From positions 34,978 to 98,977 of the forward strand of contig JAPLGO010000001.1 in NCBI GenBank assembly GCA_026390115.1: 64,000 nt of DNA. The letters are read 5' to 3'. The notes below the pieces were generated by a model, which saw only the letters and a program-made list of their open reading frames with translations, was not told where the DNA came from and did not search any database. The translations under genes were made by a program, and so were the position numbers. Below, piece by piece: positions 18,045-27,324 of this stretch. The stretch comes from Campylobacterales bacterium. GTDB lineage: Bacteria > Campylobacterota > Campylobacteria > Campylobacterales > Sulfurimonadaceae. Each line of letters begins with the position of its first letter. Position 1 is the stretch's first letter.

Positions 18045-18859
18045 CTACTGAAGTAGTCTAAGCACGTTTTGCTGAACAGCATTCGCCTGACTCATGGCAT
18101 AAGAGCCTGATTGTGCAAGAATATTATGTTTTGCAAAGTTTGCTGATTCAGCTGCGAAATCAACATCTCTGATATTTGATTCTGCAGCTGCCACATTCAC
18201 TTGTGTTACAGAAATATTTCTAACTATTCAAGTTGGTTTTGAGCAGCACCTAAAGTCGCTCTGAGTGTATCCGTTACTTTAATAGCACTATCCATCATAG
18301 ATATAATAGTTGAAGCACTTGCCTGAGCAGTTAACCCGGCAATTTGATTTGCAAATAAAGTTGCTGTTTTCATACCGCTTATCGCGACCGTAGTTGTATC
18401 CCCTTTATAAGCACCTACTTGGAAAGTATAAGTTGTTGTAGCACTTAGAAGTTGCTTACCGTTGAATTTTGTCTCAGAAGCGATATGGTTAAGCTCACTT
18501 TGAAGTCTTAGCATCTCTTTACCGATAAAAGAACGGGAAGAGCTGTCTTGAGTATCATTGGCACCTTGAACGGCAAGAGTACGAACTCTTTGTAAGATAT
18601 TGCTATATTCTGCCAACGCTCCATCAACCGTTTGAACCATACCTATACCATCATTCGCATTTTTAATTGCCTGACCTAGTCCTTGTGATTGAGAAGAGAG
18701 TTTATCCGCAATTGCCAAACCTGCTGAATCATCAGCCGCTTTATTTATTCTTAGACCCGAGCTTAATGCATTAAGACTTTTATCGAGCCCGATGTTGTTC
18801 ATTGTAGCTTGCATGTGTGCATTCATTGCACCAACATTTGTATTTATTCTAAATCCCAT
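18045..18859 (-). pseudogene. Flagellin frameshifted by a 4-nt deletion
   Basis: ORF stops at 18224 (GAA TAG TTA GAA) where the paralogue has GAA TCA ACA ATT AGA. The conserved C-terminus continues in another frame to TAG at 18045. Total length 815 = 819 - 4 nt. Confidence 0.85.
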
Positions 18860-18931
18860 TTTAAATCCTTTTCGGGTAAGAGCCTTTCGCCCTCTTTAAT
18901 TTTGTTCAGCTTCCTTGCTGATACATCAATT

Positions 18932-18958
18932 ATATCGTCAGCTAAAAAAATAACTTTA
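18932..18958 (-). promoter_or_regulatory. Sigma28 promoter of the middle flagellin
   Basis: Minus strand TAAA-N15-GACGATAT. Confidence 0.7.
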
Positions 18959-18973
18959 ACCATTGTAACGAAA

Positions 18974-19004
18974 AAATGCCAAAGAGAGAATATCTTTGGC
19001 ATTT
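18974..19004 (-). terminator. Intrinsic terminator of flagellin 19031-19849
   Basis: Perfect 12-bp stem AAATGCCAAAGA/TCTTTGGCATTT, 7-nt loop, T-run on the minus strand. Confidence 0.75.
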
Positions 19005-19030
19005 GGAAATTAAAAATCTTTTACACTACT

Positions 19031-19849
19031 CTATTGAAGCAATCTTAATACATTCTGCTGAACAGCATTCGCCTGACTCATGGCATAAGAGCCTGATTGT
19101 GCAAGAATATTATATTTTGCAAAGTTTGCTGATTCAGCTGCGAAATCAACATCTCTGATATTTGATTCTGCAGCTGCCACATTCACTTGTGTTACAGAAA
19201 TATTTCTAATTGTTGATTCAAGTTGGTTTTGAGCAGCACCTAAAGTCGCTCTGAGTGTATCCGTTGTTTTAATAGCACTATCCATCATAGATACAATAGT
19301 TGCAGCACTTGCCTGTGAAGAAAGAGTTGTAATTTGATTTGCCAATAAAGAAGCTGTTAACATACCGCTAATTGCAGCCGTAGTTGTATCCCCTTTATAT
19401 GCACCGACTTGGAAAGTAAAAGTTGTCGTAGCACTTAGAAGTTGCTTACCGTTGAATTTTGTCTCAGAAGCGATATGGTTAAGCTCACTTTGAAGTCTTA
19501 CCATCTCTTTACCGATAAAAGAACGGGAAGAAGTATCCTGCGTATCATTGGCACCTTGAACGGCAAGCGTACGAACTCTTTGTAAGATATTGCTATATTC
19601 TGCCAATGCTCCATCTGCCGTTTGAATCATGCCAACGCCGTCATTTGCATTTTTAATAGCTTGACCTAAACCCTGAGATTGAGAAGAGAGTTTATTTGCA
19701 ATTGCCAAACCTGCTGAATCATCAGCTGCTTTATTTATTCTTAGACCTGAGCTTAATGCATTAAGACTTTTATCCAGTCCGATGTTGTTCATTGTAGCTT
19801 GCATGTGTGCATTCATTGCACCAACATTTGTGTTTATTCTAAATCCCAT
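19031..19849 (-). CDS. Short flagellin, sigma28-type (FlaA-like)
   Basis: Same flagellin N- and C-terminal motifs; 272 aa. Confidence 0.95.
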   Translation of the reverse strand: MGFRINTNVGAMNAHMQATMNNIGLDKSLNALSSGLRINKAADDSAGLAIANKLSSQSQGLGQAIKNANDGVGMIQTADGALAEYSNILQRVRTLAVQGANDTQDTSSRSFIGKEMVRLQSELNHIASETKFNGKQLLSATTTFTFQVGAYKGDTTTAAISGMLTASLLANQITTLSSQASAATIVSMMDSAIKTTDTLRATLGAAQNQLESTIRNISVTQVNVAAAESNIRDVDFAAESANFAKYNILAQSGSYAMSQANAVQQNVLRLLQ

Positions 19850-19914
19850 GTTAAATCCTTTTTGGGTACCCGCTGTTTGTCAAAGTTTATTAACTTCCTT
19901 GTTAATTATAACTT

Positions 19915-19941
19915 ATATCGGTCTTAAAAAATATAACTTTA
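19915..19941 (-). promoter_or_regulatory. Sigma28 promoter of flagellin 19031-19849
   Basis: Minus strand TAAA-N15-ACCGATAT. Confidence 0.8.
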
Positions 19942-20062
19942 ATAAATGTTCGAATTTAAATCCAATTATTTTATTTTTATTAGGTGCCGTTTTTATTATT
20001 TAAACTTTTTTGATACACTTCCGACACTAAAAACCACTATTCTCTATATATAGGAAAGCTAT

Positions 20063-22282
20063 TTGAACTTAATTATCGTCGAATCACCCGCTAAAGCTAG
20101 GACTATTAAAAACTTTTTAGGCAAGGATTATGAAGTTATCGCTTCTAAAGGACATATCAGAGATTTACCGAAATCCCGCTTTGGAATTACAATTGATGAA
20201 AACAATCAGCTTATTCCTGCTTATAGTGTAGCAAAAGAGAATGCGACTACTGTCAAAGAAATAACCGCTTTAGCCAAAAAGTGTGACACAATCTATATCG
20301 CAACCGATGAGGATCGTGAGGGCGAGGCGATTGGTTGGCATATAGCACAGGCAATAAAAAAAGATCCAACACAACTTCCACGCATAGTTTTTCATGAGAT
20401 TACAAAAACTGCAATCAACCATGCGCTTGAGAATGCCCGTAAAATTGATATGGACATGGTAAACGCCCAACAAGCGCGTCGTCTTCTTGACCGCGTTGTT
20501 GGATATAAACTCTCCCCGCTTCTTAGTTCCAAGATTCAAAAAGGACTTTCCGGAGGACGCGTTCAATCCTCTACTCTTAAACTTGTCGTTGACCGAGAGA
20601 GAGAGATACGAGCTTTTATTCCTCAGGAGTATTGGACTATAGACACTCTCTTTAGAAAAGACATAGAAGCAAGTTTGGTAGTGCATCAAGGAGACAAGCT
20701 CACAAAACTCTCAATTGGTAACAAGAATGAAGCCTCTTCTATAGTAGAAAGCGTAAAGAGTGATTCGTTTATTATCGAAGCGATTGAAACGAAACAGAGA
20801 AAAAGTTCAACTCCGCCACCGTTTATGACATCAACTCTACAACAAACGGCATCAAGCAAACTAGGATTTACTCCTAAAAAAACTATGATGGTGGCGCAAA
20901 CTCTTTACGAGGGCGTAAAAACTCCCGATGGGACATCAGGTGTTATTACCTACATGAGAACAGATTCACTCAACTTAGCGGGTGAGGCTGTAGAAGCTGT
21001 GAGAGAAGCTATACTCAGCAGATTTGGTGCAAAATATTTGCCAAACGAAGCGAAAGTTTATAACAAAAAATCAAAGGGTGCGCAAGAGGCGCATGAGGCT
21101 ATTCGCCCTACAATGCTTGGCTTTACACCGGAAATTGCACAAAAATTTTTAAAAGGTGATGAGATTAAACTCTACACACTTATCTATGAAAGATTTATGG
21201 CATGTCAGATGAATGATGCACTTTTTGAACAGCAGAGTATTATTTTAAAAGGTTCAAACAACGAGTACAAAGTAAGCGGCAGAAAACTACTTTTTGACGG
21301 TTTTTATGCACTTACCGGAGCTGAAGACAAAGATAAGCTTCTTCCAACACTCAAAGAGGGTGAAAAAATCGACCTTCAAAGCATAAAACCGGAACAACAT
21401 TTTACAGAACCGCCTGCAAGATACTCTGAAGCTTCTTTGATTAAGAAACTCGAATCCGAGGGTGTCGGAAGACCATCAACCTATGCGCCGACGGTCGCAA
21501 CCCTAAGCAGTCGTACTTATGTAAGCATTGAAAACAAACAGATTGTTCCAACCGAGATGGCTTTTACTGTAACAGAGATTTTAGAAAAAAACTTTGCAAA
21601 TATTGTTGACATCTCTTTTACTGCGAACATGGAGGAGAAACTGGATGAAGTTGCAGAGGGGCAAGTAGATTGGCAAAAACTCTTAAGTGATTTTTACTTC
21701 CCTTTCGTAGCGCAGGTAGATGAGGCTAAAGATAAAATAGTATCCCTCAAAATAGCAGAACCTACCGGAAAGGCTTGTCCTAAATGCGGAGCAGAGCTGC
21801 TTCTTCGCTCCGGAAGATTTGGAACTTTTGTGGCTTGCAGCGGTTTTCCAAAGTGTAAATATACAGAGCAAGTTGACGAAGAAGGAAATAAAGTAGAGGC
21901 CAAAGTTGAGTTAAGCGATGAGAAGTGCGACAAATGCGGTAAAGATATGATTGTTAAAAGTGGCAGAAACGGCAAATTTTTGGCATGCAGCGGCTATCCG
22001 GATTGTAAAAATACAAAAAGCATGGCGGTCGAGAGTAAAACTTCCGATATTCCATGTCCTGATTGTGGTGGAAAACTTCTCTGGAAACAGTCATTCCGCG
22101 GTGCATTTTGGGGATGTGAAGCCTACCCTAAATGCAAATTTATAAGCAAATTTGAGCCAAGTACAATTAAGTGTAAAGAGAAGGGGTGTGACGGTGTTTT
22201 GGCAGAAAGGGTTTACAGGAACAAAGAAGTTTATGAGTGCGTTAAGTGTAAAGTCAGAACACCCAAAGAAGAGATAAAGTAA
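20063..22282 (+). CDS. topA: DNA topoisomerase I
   Basis: LIIVESPAK, ATDEDREGE, ITYMRTDS, C-terminal C4 zinc ribbons; TTG start. Confidence 0.97.
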   Translation: MNLIIVESPAKARTIKNFLGKDYEVIASKGHIRDLPKSRFGITIDENNQLIPAYSVAKENATTVKEITALAKKCDTIYIATDEDREGEAIGWHIAQAIKKDPTQLPRIVFHEITKTAINHALENARKIDMDMVNAQQARRLLDRVVGYKLSPLLSSKIQKGLSGGRVQSSTLKLVVDREREIRAFIPQEYWTIDTLFRKDIEASLVVHQGDKLTKLSIGNKNEASSIVESVKSDSFIIEAIETKQRKSSTPPPFMTSTLQQTASSKLGFTPKKTMMVAQTLYEGVKTPDGTSGVITYMRTDSLNLAGEAVEAVREAILSRFGAKYLPNEAKVYNKKSKGAQEAHEAIRPTMLGFTPEIAQKFLKGDEIKLYTLIYERFMACQMNDALFEQQSIILKGSNNEYKVSGRKLLFDGFYALTGAEDKDKLLPTLKEGEKIDLQSIKPEQHFTEPPARYSEASLIKKLESEGVGRPSTYAPTVATLSSRTYVSIENKQIVPTEMAFTVTEILEKNFANIVDISFTANMEEKLDEVAEGQVDWQKLLSDFYFPFVAQVDEAKDKIVSLKIAEPTGKACPKCGAELLLRSGRFGTFVACSGFPKCKYTEQVDEEGNKVEAKVELSDEKCDKCGKDMIVKSGRNGKFLACSGYPDCKNTKSMAVESKTSDIPCPDCGGKLLWKQSFRGAFWGCEAYPKCKFISKFEPSTIKCKEKGCDGVLAERVYRNKEVYECVKCKVRTPKEEIK

Positions 22283-22289
22283 TTCCAAT

Positions 22290-22811
22290 ATGAAAATCGG
22301 CATCCTATCAGATACGCATAAAAAGGTTAAAAAAGCTTCAAAAGCTCTTGATATGCTTCTTGAAAACGGTGCTGAATTTATCATCCATGCAGGCGATATT
22401 GTCGAGCAGGAAGTTTTGGAACTTCTAAAAAACTCTACCAAAAAATATGTAGCCGTTTATGGAAATAACGATGCCCACCTTGTCCAGTACCACGCAAATT
22501 ACAACCTTGTGCAAGAGCCTCACTACTTCAAACTTGGCGACACAAAATTTAAACTTATGCATCTCCCTTTTTACATGACACCGGATACGGAAGTAGTTAT
22601 CTCCGGACATACGCATGAGTTTTCATGTGAATTTATAAATGGAACCCTCTTTCTGAACTCCGGAGAGTGTTGCGCAAGAAATAAATCTCTCTCGGAGTGT
22701 GCCATGCTTGAAATCAGTGATACAAACTTCTTGGTAACCTACTATTCAAGAGAAAAAAAATCTGGTACATTTGTAGCAAAAGAGTTTTTATATAAAAGAA
22801 TTTCAGAATGA
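22290..22811 (+). CDS. YfcE-family metallophosphoesterase
   Basis: ILSDTH, HAGD, GNND, GHTH. Confidence 0.85.
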   Translation: MKIGILSDTHKKVKKASKALDMLLENGAEFIIHAGDIVEQEVLELLKNSTKKYVAVYGNNDAHLVQYHANYNLVQEPHYFKLGDTKFKLMHLPFYMTPDTEVVISGHTHEFSCEFINGTLFLNSGECCARNKSLSECAMLEISDTNFLVTYYSREKKSGTFVAKEFLYKRISE

Positions 22812-23650
22812 ATCAGAAAATTTTTCTCTGCTCTATTTGTAACATAAATAGCGGAACATGTAATGAAGATTGTAAATTCTGTTCTCAAAGCGTACGATAC
22901 AAAGCAGATATAGCGCGCTACAAAAAGAAGCCTCTGAATGAGATTTTGCAAGAAGCAAAACATGCCAGAGACAACGGTGCTTTGGGTTTTTGCTTGGTTA
23001 CAGCCGACAAAGGGCTGAACGATAAAACTCTTGAATTTGTCTGCGCAGTTGCACGAGCCGTAAGTGAAGTTGCGCCGGAACTTAGACTTATTGCATGTAA
23101 CGGAACCGCGACGCTTGAACAGCTTCTGGTTTTAAAAAGTGCCGGTATAAAAGCGTATAACCACAATTTGGAGACTTCAAAAGAGTTCTATAAAAAGATT
23201 TGTACAACACACACATGGCAGGAAAGATATGAGACTTGCGAGAGTGTAAACAAGGCTGGCTTAGTACTTATATCCGGCGGTATTTTTGGACTTGGAGAGT
23301 CACAGGAAGATAGAATCTCCATGTTAAAATCTTTAAACTCTCTCAACCCAATTTCAGTTCCTATCAATTTTTATCATCACAATGAAGCTCTTGAACTTCA
23401 ACCAAACCCTTTAAACATTGATGAAGCTTTGGAACTCATAAAACTGACAAGAGAAACAATCCCGCATGCCCAAAGGATTATGGTGGCTGGGGGAAGAGAG
23501 CTTATGTTTGGCACAAGACAAGATGAAATCTTCGCATACGGCGCAAACTCAATCGTTATAGGAAACTATCTTACAACAAGCGGCAGAGATATGAGTAAAG
23601 ATTTAGAAATGCTAAAGTCTCTCAATCTTCAAATTGCCGCGGCCGTTTAG
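22808..23650 (+). CDS. bioB: Biotin synthase
   Basis: CNEDCKFCSQS, YNHNLETS, RIMVAGGRE, GNYLTT. Confidence 0.93.
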   Translation: MNQKIFLCSICNINSGTCNEDCKFCSQSVRYKADIARYKKKPLNEILQEAKHARDNGALGFCLVTADKGLNDKTLEFVCAVARAVSEVAPELRLIACNGTATLEQLLVLKSAGIKAYNHNLETSKEFYKKICTTHTWQERYETCESVNKAGLVLISGGIFGLGESQEDRISMLKSLNSLNPISVPINFYHHNEALELQPNPLNIDEALELIKLTRETIPHAQRIMVAGGRELMFGTRQDEIFAYGANSIVIGNYLTTSGRDMSKDLEMLKSLNLQIAAAV

Positions 23651-23658
23651 GAGTTGAA

Positions 23659-24822
23659 ATGAGCAGTTCTGTACTTTTTATCGGGATAGCTTTTTTAATT
23701 GTAATCTCACCCATTTTTTCAAATGTCACAAAACTGCCGGTCGTTGTTGTAGAGATTATTCTTGGTGCATTGGCAGTGTGGTTCGGTTTTTTTGATACCG
23801 GCAACGAAATTTTTAAAAATCTTGCAAAAATAGGTTTTTTTTATCTCATGTTTTTAGCAGGTTTAGAGATAGACCTCAAACAATTTGCAGCAAAAAAAGG
23901 CAACCTGCTTAACAGTGCAATTATCTATTTTTTAACCCTCTATGGATTATCATTTTCCATATATCTCTTTTTTGACCTCAATCCTGTTTATATCGTTGCC
24001 ATACCGATTGTCTCCCTTGGGATGATTATGGCTCTTATAAATGAACAAGGGAAAAAATTTAAATGGCTTGAAATAGTTTTGATAGTGGGAGTTTTAGGTG
24101 AAATACTCAGTATCTCTGCGATAGTTATCTATGAATCCTATATTCATTTCGGTGTAACTTTCCAATTTTATAAAAATATATTTATATTTTTTGCCGTTTT
24201 ACTTCTGTTCTATTACTCTTTTAGAATCTTAAATATTTTATTTTGGTGGTATCCTGAGCTCAAAAAACTTCTTATGCCCGAAGATGATTCCAAGGCTCAA
24301 AGCGTTCGAGTGAGCATTGCCTTTTTTATCATACTGATTACCGTTATGAAAATACTTCATATTGACATGGTTTTAGGTGCCTTCTTTGCGGGTATCTATA
24401 TTTCAAACTTTTTCGAGCATAAAAAAGATTTGCCACATATACTTCATAAAGTCGGATTTGGCTTTTTAGTTCCCCTGTTTTTTATCTATGTCGGCACAAC
24501 TCTCGATTTAAATATGATTTTCAGTACAGAGGTTATCTACCGTGCACTTCTCATCCTCTCAGCCATGATTTTTGTCAGGGTGGTCAGCTCTTATCTTGCA
24601 TACAGTAAACATTTAAACCCTGTTGAAACTTTTTTGCTCGCACTTGGGGACTCCATGCCTCTGACATTTATTATAGCGATAGCAACCATCTCTTACGAAG
24701 CTTCACTCATATCTCACAATGAATATCTCTCATTTATCGTAGCAGGTATGTTATCTGGTATAATTATTATGAGTTTAATAAAGTTCTTAATATCTATTAT
24801 CTATAAAAGAAAGGTGGAATGA
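23659..24822 (+). CDS. Cation:proton antiporter (CPA2 family)
   Basis: Multi-TM protein; FLAGLEID, LGAFFAG, GFGFLVPLFFIYVG. Confidence 0.8.
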   Translation: MSSSVLFIGIAFLIVISPIFSNVTKLPVVVVEIILGALAVWFGFFDTGNEIFKNLAKIGFFYLMFLAGLEIDLKQFAAKKGNLLNSAIIYFLTLYGLSFSIYLFFDLNPVYIVAIPIVSLGMIMALINEQGKKFKWLEIVLIVGVLGEILSISAIVIYESYIHFGVTFQFYKNIFIFFAVLLLFYYSFRILNILFWWYPELKKLLMPEDDSKAQSVRVSIAFFIILITVMKILHIDMVLGAFFAGIYISNFFEHKKDLPHILHKVGFGFLVPLFFIYVGTTLDLNMIFSTEVIYRALLILSAMIFVRVVSSYLAYSKHLNPVETFLLALGDSMPLTFIIAIATISYEASLISHNEYLSFIVAGMLSGIIIMSLIKFLISIIYKRKVE

Positions 24823-24823
24823 A

Positions 24824-25177
24824 ATGTCTCGCTCTGTTTTGCTGCAACTAGCCCGTGATTCAATCCATGAAGTTTTTGAAGCCCAAAGAACTATAGATAG
24901 AAAAGCTCTCTTAGAAGAGCATCCTCTTTTGAATGAGAAGATAGCTACAACCGTGAATATCTATTTCAACCATGAATTAAGAGGTTCTTATTCATCTTTG
25001 GATGCATCAAAAAGTCTGCTAGAAGATATAATTTATAATGCTAAAAAATCTGCTTTTGAAGATAAAAATTTCTCACCTCTCACCAGTTCTGAGTATCTGC
25101 ACTCAGAAATAGAACTCCTACTTACAACTCCTGAAGGAATTATAAGTCAAAAAGACCCAGCAATACTAAAAAACTAA
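24824..25177 (+). CDS. Short AMMECR1-domain protein
   Basis: LLQLARDSI...ELRGS...IIYNAKKSAFED..F.PL resembles the AMMECR1 N-terminal half. Confidence 0.65.
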   Translation: MSRSVLLQLARDSIHEVFEAQRTIDRKALLEEHPLLNEKIATTVNIYFNHELRGSYSSLDASKSLLEDIIYNAKKSAFEDKNFSPLTSSEYLHSEIELLLTTPEGIISQKDPAILKN

Positions 25178-25188
25178 TCATTAATTAT

Positions 25189-26139
25189 TTAACATCCGCC
25201 CTGAATATAACAGGCTATCGCATAACCATGATTTAAACCCAAAGCAATACTCCCTCCGCTCTCTTGCGTAATATCACCGGCTACAAAAAGCCCTTTAATA
25301 TTTGTCTCATAATTTTCATCATGCACAGGTTTGCCTTCCTCTTCTTCTATCCCTGAATTCGCCAGAAATGAGCTTGGGGTTGTGCCTCCGATTGCATAAA
25401 TAACTCTGTCAAAAAGCTCAGGCTCTCTTTCACAGAACATGACTTTTACTTTACCATTATCATTTTCTAAATCATCAATATTAACACCCAAAATTGGTCG
25501 AACTTCACCGTTTTTAATTGCTTCTTCAATATTTTTTTGATTCGTAGGATTTGCTCTCTCAAAAGTTTCTCTTCTGTAACAAATCGAAACACTATTCTTA
25601 TCAGCTAAATCAACCGCATACTCTATTGCACTATCTCCGCCGCCAACAACCAAAACTTTTTCATTTCCAACACACCCGTCAAGTGTAAAGCCTACCCTGC
25701 TTTTAATCCCCATCGGTATTTTATAGCTCGGTTTATTAGGTTTGCCCATGCGACCGATTGTGACGACCACATGTTTTGCTTTTATACTTTTTCCTGCCAT
25801 AAAGACTTCAAAACAGTCATCCAACTTTTTAATACTTTGAACTTCCACATGTGTCTGTAACTCAACAGAGTGGTGTGCTAAAATCTCATCAAAGAAATCT
25901 AATGTGGTCTCTTTTGTACCATCTACAAAATAAATCCTGCCATCAAGTTCAACTTTCTGACCTTTCCAATCTTTGTCAACTCTTTTGTTGTCTTTATAAT
26001 ATTTTCGTATAGTTGAATTGTGATTTCCCTCTTTTTCCAGCAAAACAATATCTCGAATTCCTTGGAGATAGCCCTCCACTGCAGTGGCAATGCCCGCCGG
26101 CCCTGCTCCTATAATTGCTAGCTCATGTATATGGTTCAT
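25189..26139 (-). CDS. Thioredoxin-reductase-like NAD(P)/FAD oxidoreductase (FqrB-like)
   Basis: IIGAGPAGIATAVE, KRVDKDWKG, VVGGGDSA, FVAGDI; no CxxC. Confidence 0.75.
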   Translation of the reverse strand: MNHIHELAIIGAGPAGIATAVEGYLQGIRDIVLLEKEGNHNSTIRKYYKDNKRVDKDWKGQKVELDGRIYFVDGTKETTLDFFDEILAHHSVELQTHVEVQSIKKLDDCFEVFMAGKSIKAKHVVVTIGRMGKPNKPSYKIPMGIKSRVGFTLDGCVGNEKVLVVGGGDSAIEYAVDLADKNSVSICYRRETFERANPTNQKNIEEAIKNGEVRPILGVNIDDLENDNGKVKVMFCEREPELFDRVIYAIGGTTPSSFLANSGIEEEEGKPVHDENYETNIKGLFVAGDITQESGGSIALGLNHGYAIACYIQGGC

Positions 26140-26204
26140 ATCTTCTCCTAAGGTTGAAATATAAATTTTAACATAATTTATTATTTTTATTATATACTGA
26201 CGGA

Positions 26205-26573
26205 ATGTATTATGTAATTAAAAGACAATTAGATAAACCTATGTCATGTTTCATAGGCTTTATGGTTCCCAAGTATATAGCTTCAAAAAATAACGACAGT
26301 GTAATTTTTGAATTTCATAAAGATGGAAAAACTCAAAGAAAATGGGTAAAGAAAGAGGAGATAGTTTTGCTCACGGAAGACAGAGAATTTTTCATAAAAA
26401 CAATGGAACAGTTCAAAGCGGTAGAAGAAACACAGCAAAAGTTGGTAGATGAAGCTAGAGATATGTTAAATTCCAGCATAGAAACATTTACAGAGACTGT
26501 AAATGCAGAGTTGAATGAATTTAATGAAATAAAAAGTTCGGCTAATATACCGTGCCTTCTAAAAAATTTATAA
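26205..26573 (+). CDS. Hypothetical protein
   Basis: 122-aa ORF with host-like codon usage and a helical C-terminal half. Confidence 0.7.
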   Translation: MYYVIKRQLDKPMSCFIGFMVPKYIASKNNDSVIFEFHKDGKTQRKWVKKEEIVLLTEDREFFIKTMEQFKAVEETQQKLVDEARDMLNSSIETFTETVNAELNEFNEIKSSANIPCLLKNL

Positions 26574-26595
26574 ATTTTTACCCAAAATTATGATT

Positions 26596-26676
26596 TTTAT
26601 TTCAAATTTTGAGGAAAATTTGTCATAACTTCCCTCTTCAAGGTTTATTCCAAATTTTGAGGAAAATTTGTCATAA
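26596..26676. repeat. 33-nt direct repeat x2 with internal palindrome
   Basis: TTTATT[T/C]CAAATTTTGAGGAAAATTTGTCATAA at 26596-26628 and 26644-26676. Confidence 0.85.
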
Positions 26677-27167
26677 ACTTTTGAAGTTTTGGCACTATAA
26701 CAGCTTGGCAGTAGCCTTGTGATTGGTTACGTTGAGTTTTGATGATAACCCTCAGCCGGAAAAACTTTAGGCAAGAGACTGACCTCAGTAACTATTTTAT
26801 CTCTAAAACTCTCTTGTGCTTTTGAAATTGCACTCAAAACCACTTCCTTTTGCTTACTGTCTTCATAATAAACCACCGAACGATACTGCGTTCCTCTGTC
26901 TGCTCCCTGCTGATTTAATGTAGTCGGGTTATGCACGCCAAAAAATATATTCAAAAGCTCTTCCCTTGTAATTATATCTTCGTCAAACTCTATATCTACA
27001 ACCTCTGCATGACCGGTTGCTCCCGTGCAAACGCTCTCGTAAGAGGGATTTGCTCTCGCTCCGCCTGTATATCCGCTCACGGCTGAGAGCACACCTTTAA
27101 CATTAGAGTAAACAGCTTCAACACACCAAAAACATCCCCCACCCAAAACTAATCTCTCTATTTTCAT
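26645..27167 (-). pseudogene. msrA: Peptide methionine sulfoxide reductase A, frameshifted near the 3' end
   Basis: GGCFWC and AEGYHQN, then a premature TAA at 26727. The expected tail QRNQSQGYCQAVIVPKLQKF...LE* lies in another frame ending at 26645. Confidence 0.8.
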
Positions 27168-27324
27168 GTTTAAAGACTCCAAATATTTTATAATTTGTCC
27201 AATTATTACACAAAATTCTTCTAATAATTCGAACAAAACTCTTTAAATTTAAGAATTAAGAAAACTTATAAGATTAATACAATAAAGTATTGTCATTGTT
27301 GAAGTTAAAATATTAGGAAAACTA

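Noticed and set aside
21760-22260. Repeated Cys motifs in the topA C-terminus
   Set aside because: Ordinary topoisomerase I zinc ribbons.
26596-26676. CRISPR mini-array
   Set aside because: Only two units, the spacer is 15 nt, one copy lies in msrA coding sequence, and there are no cas genes.
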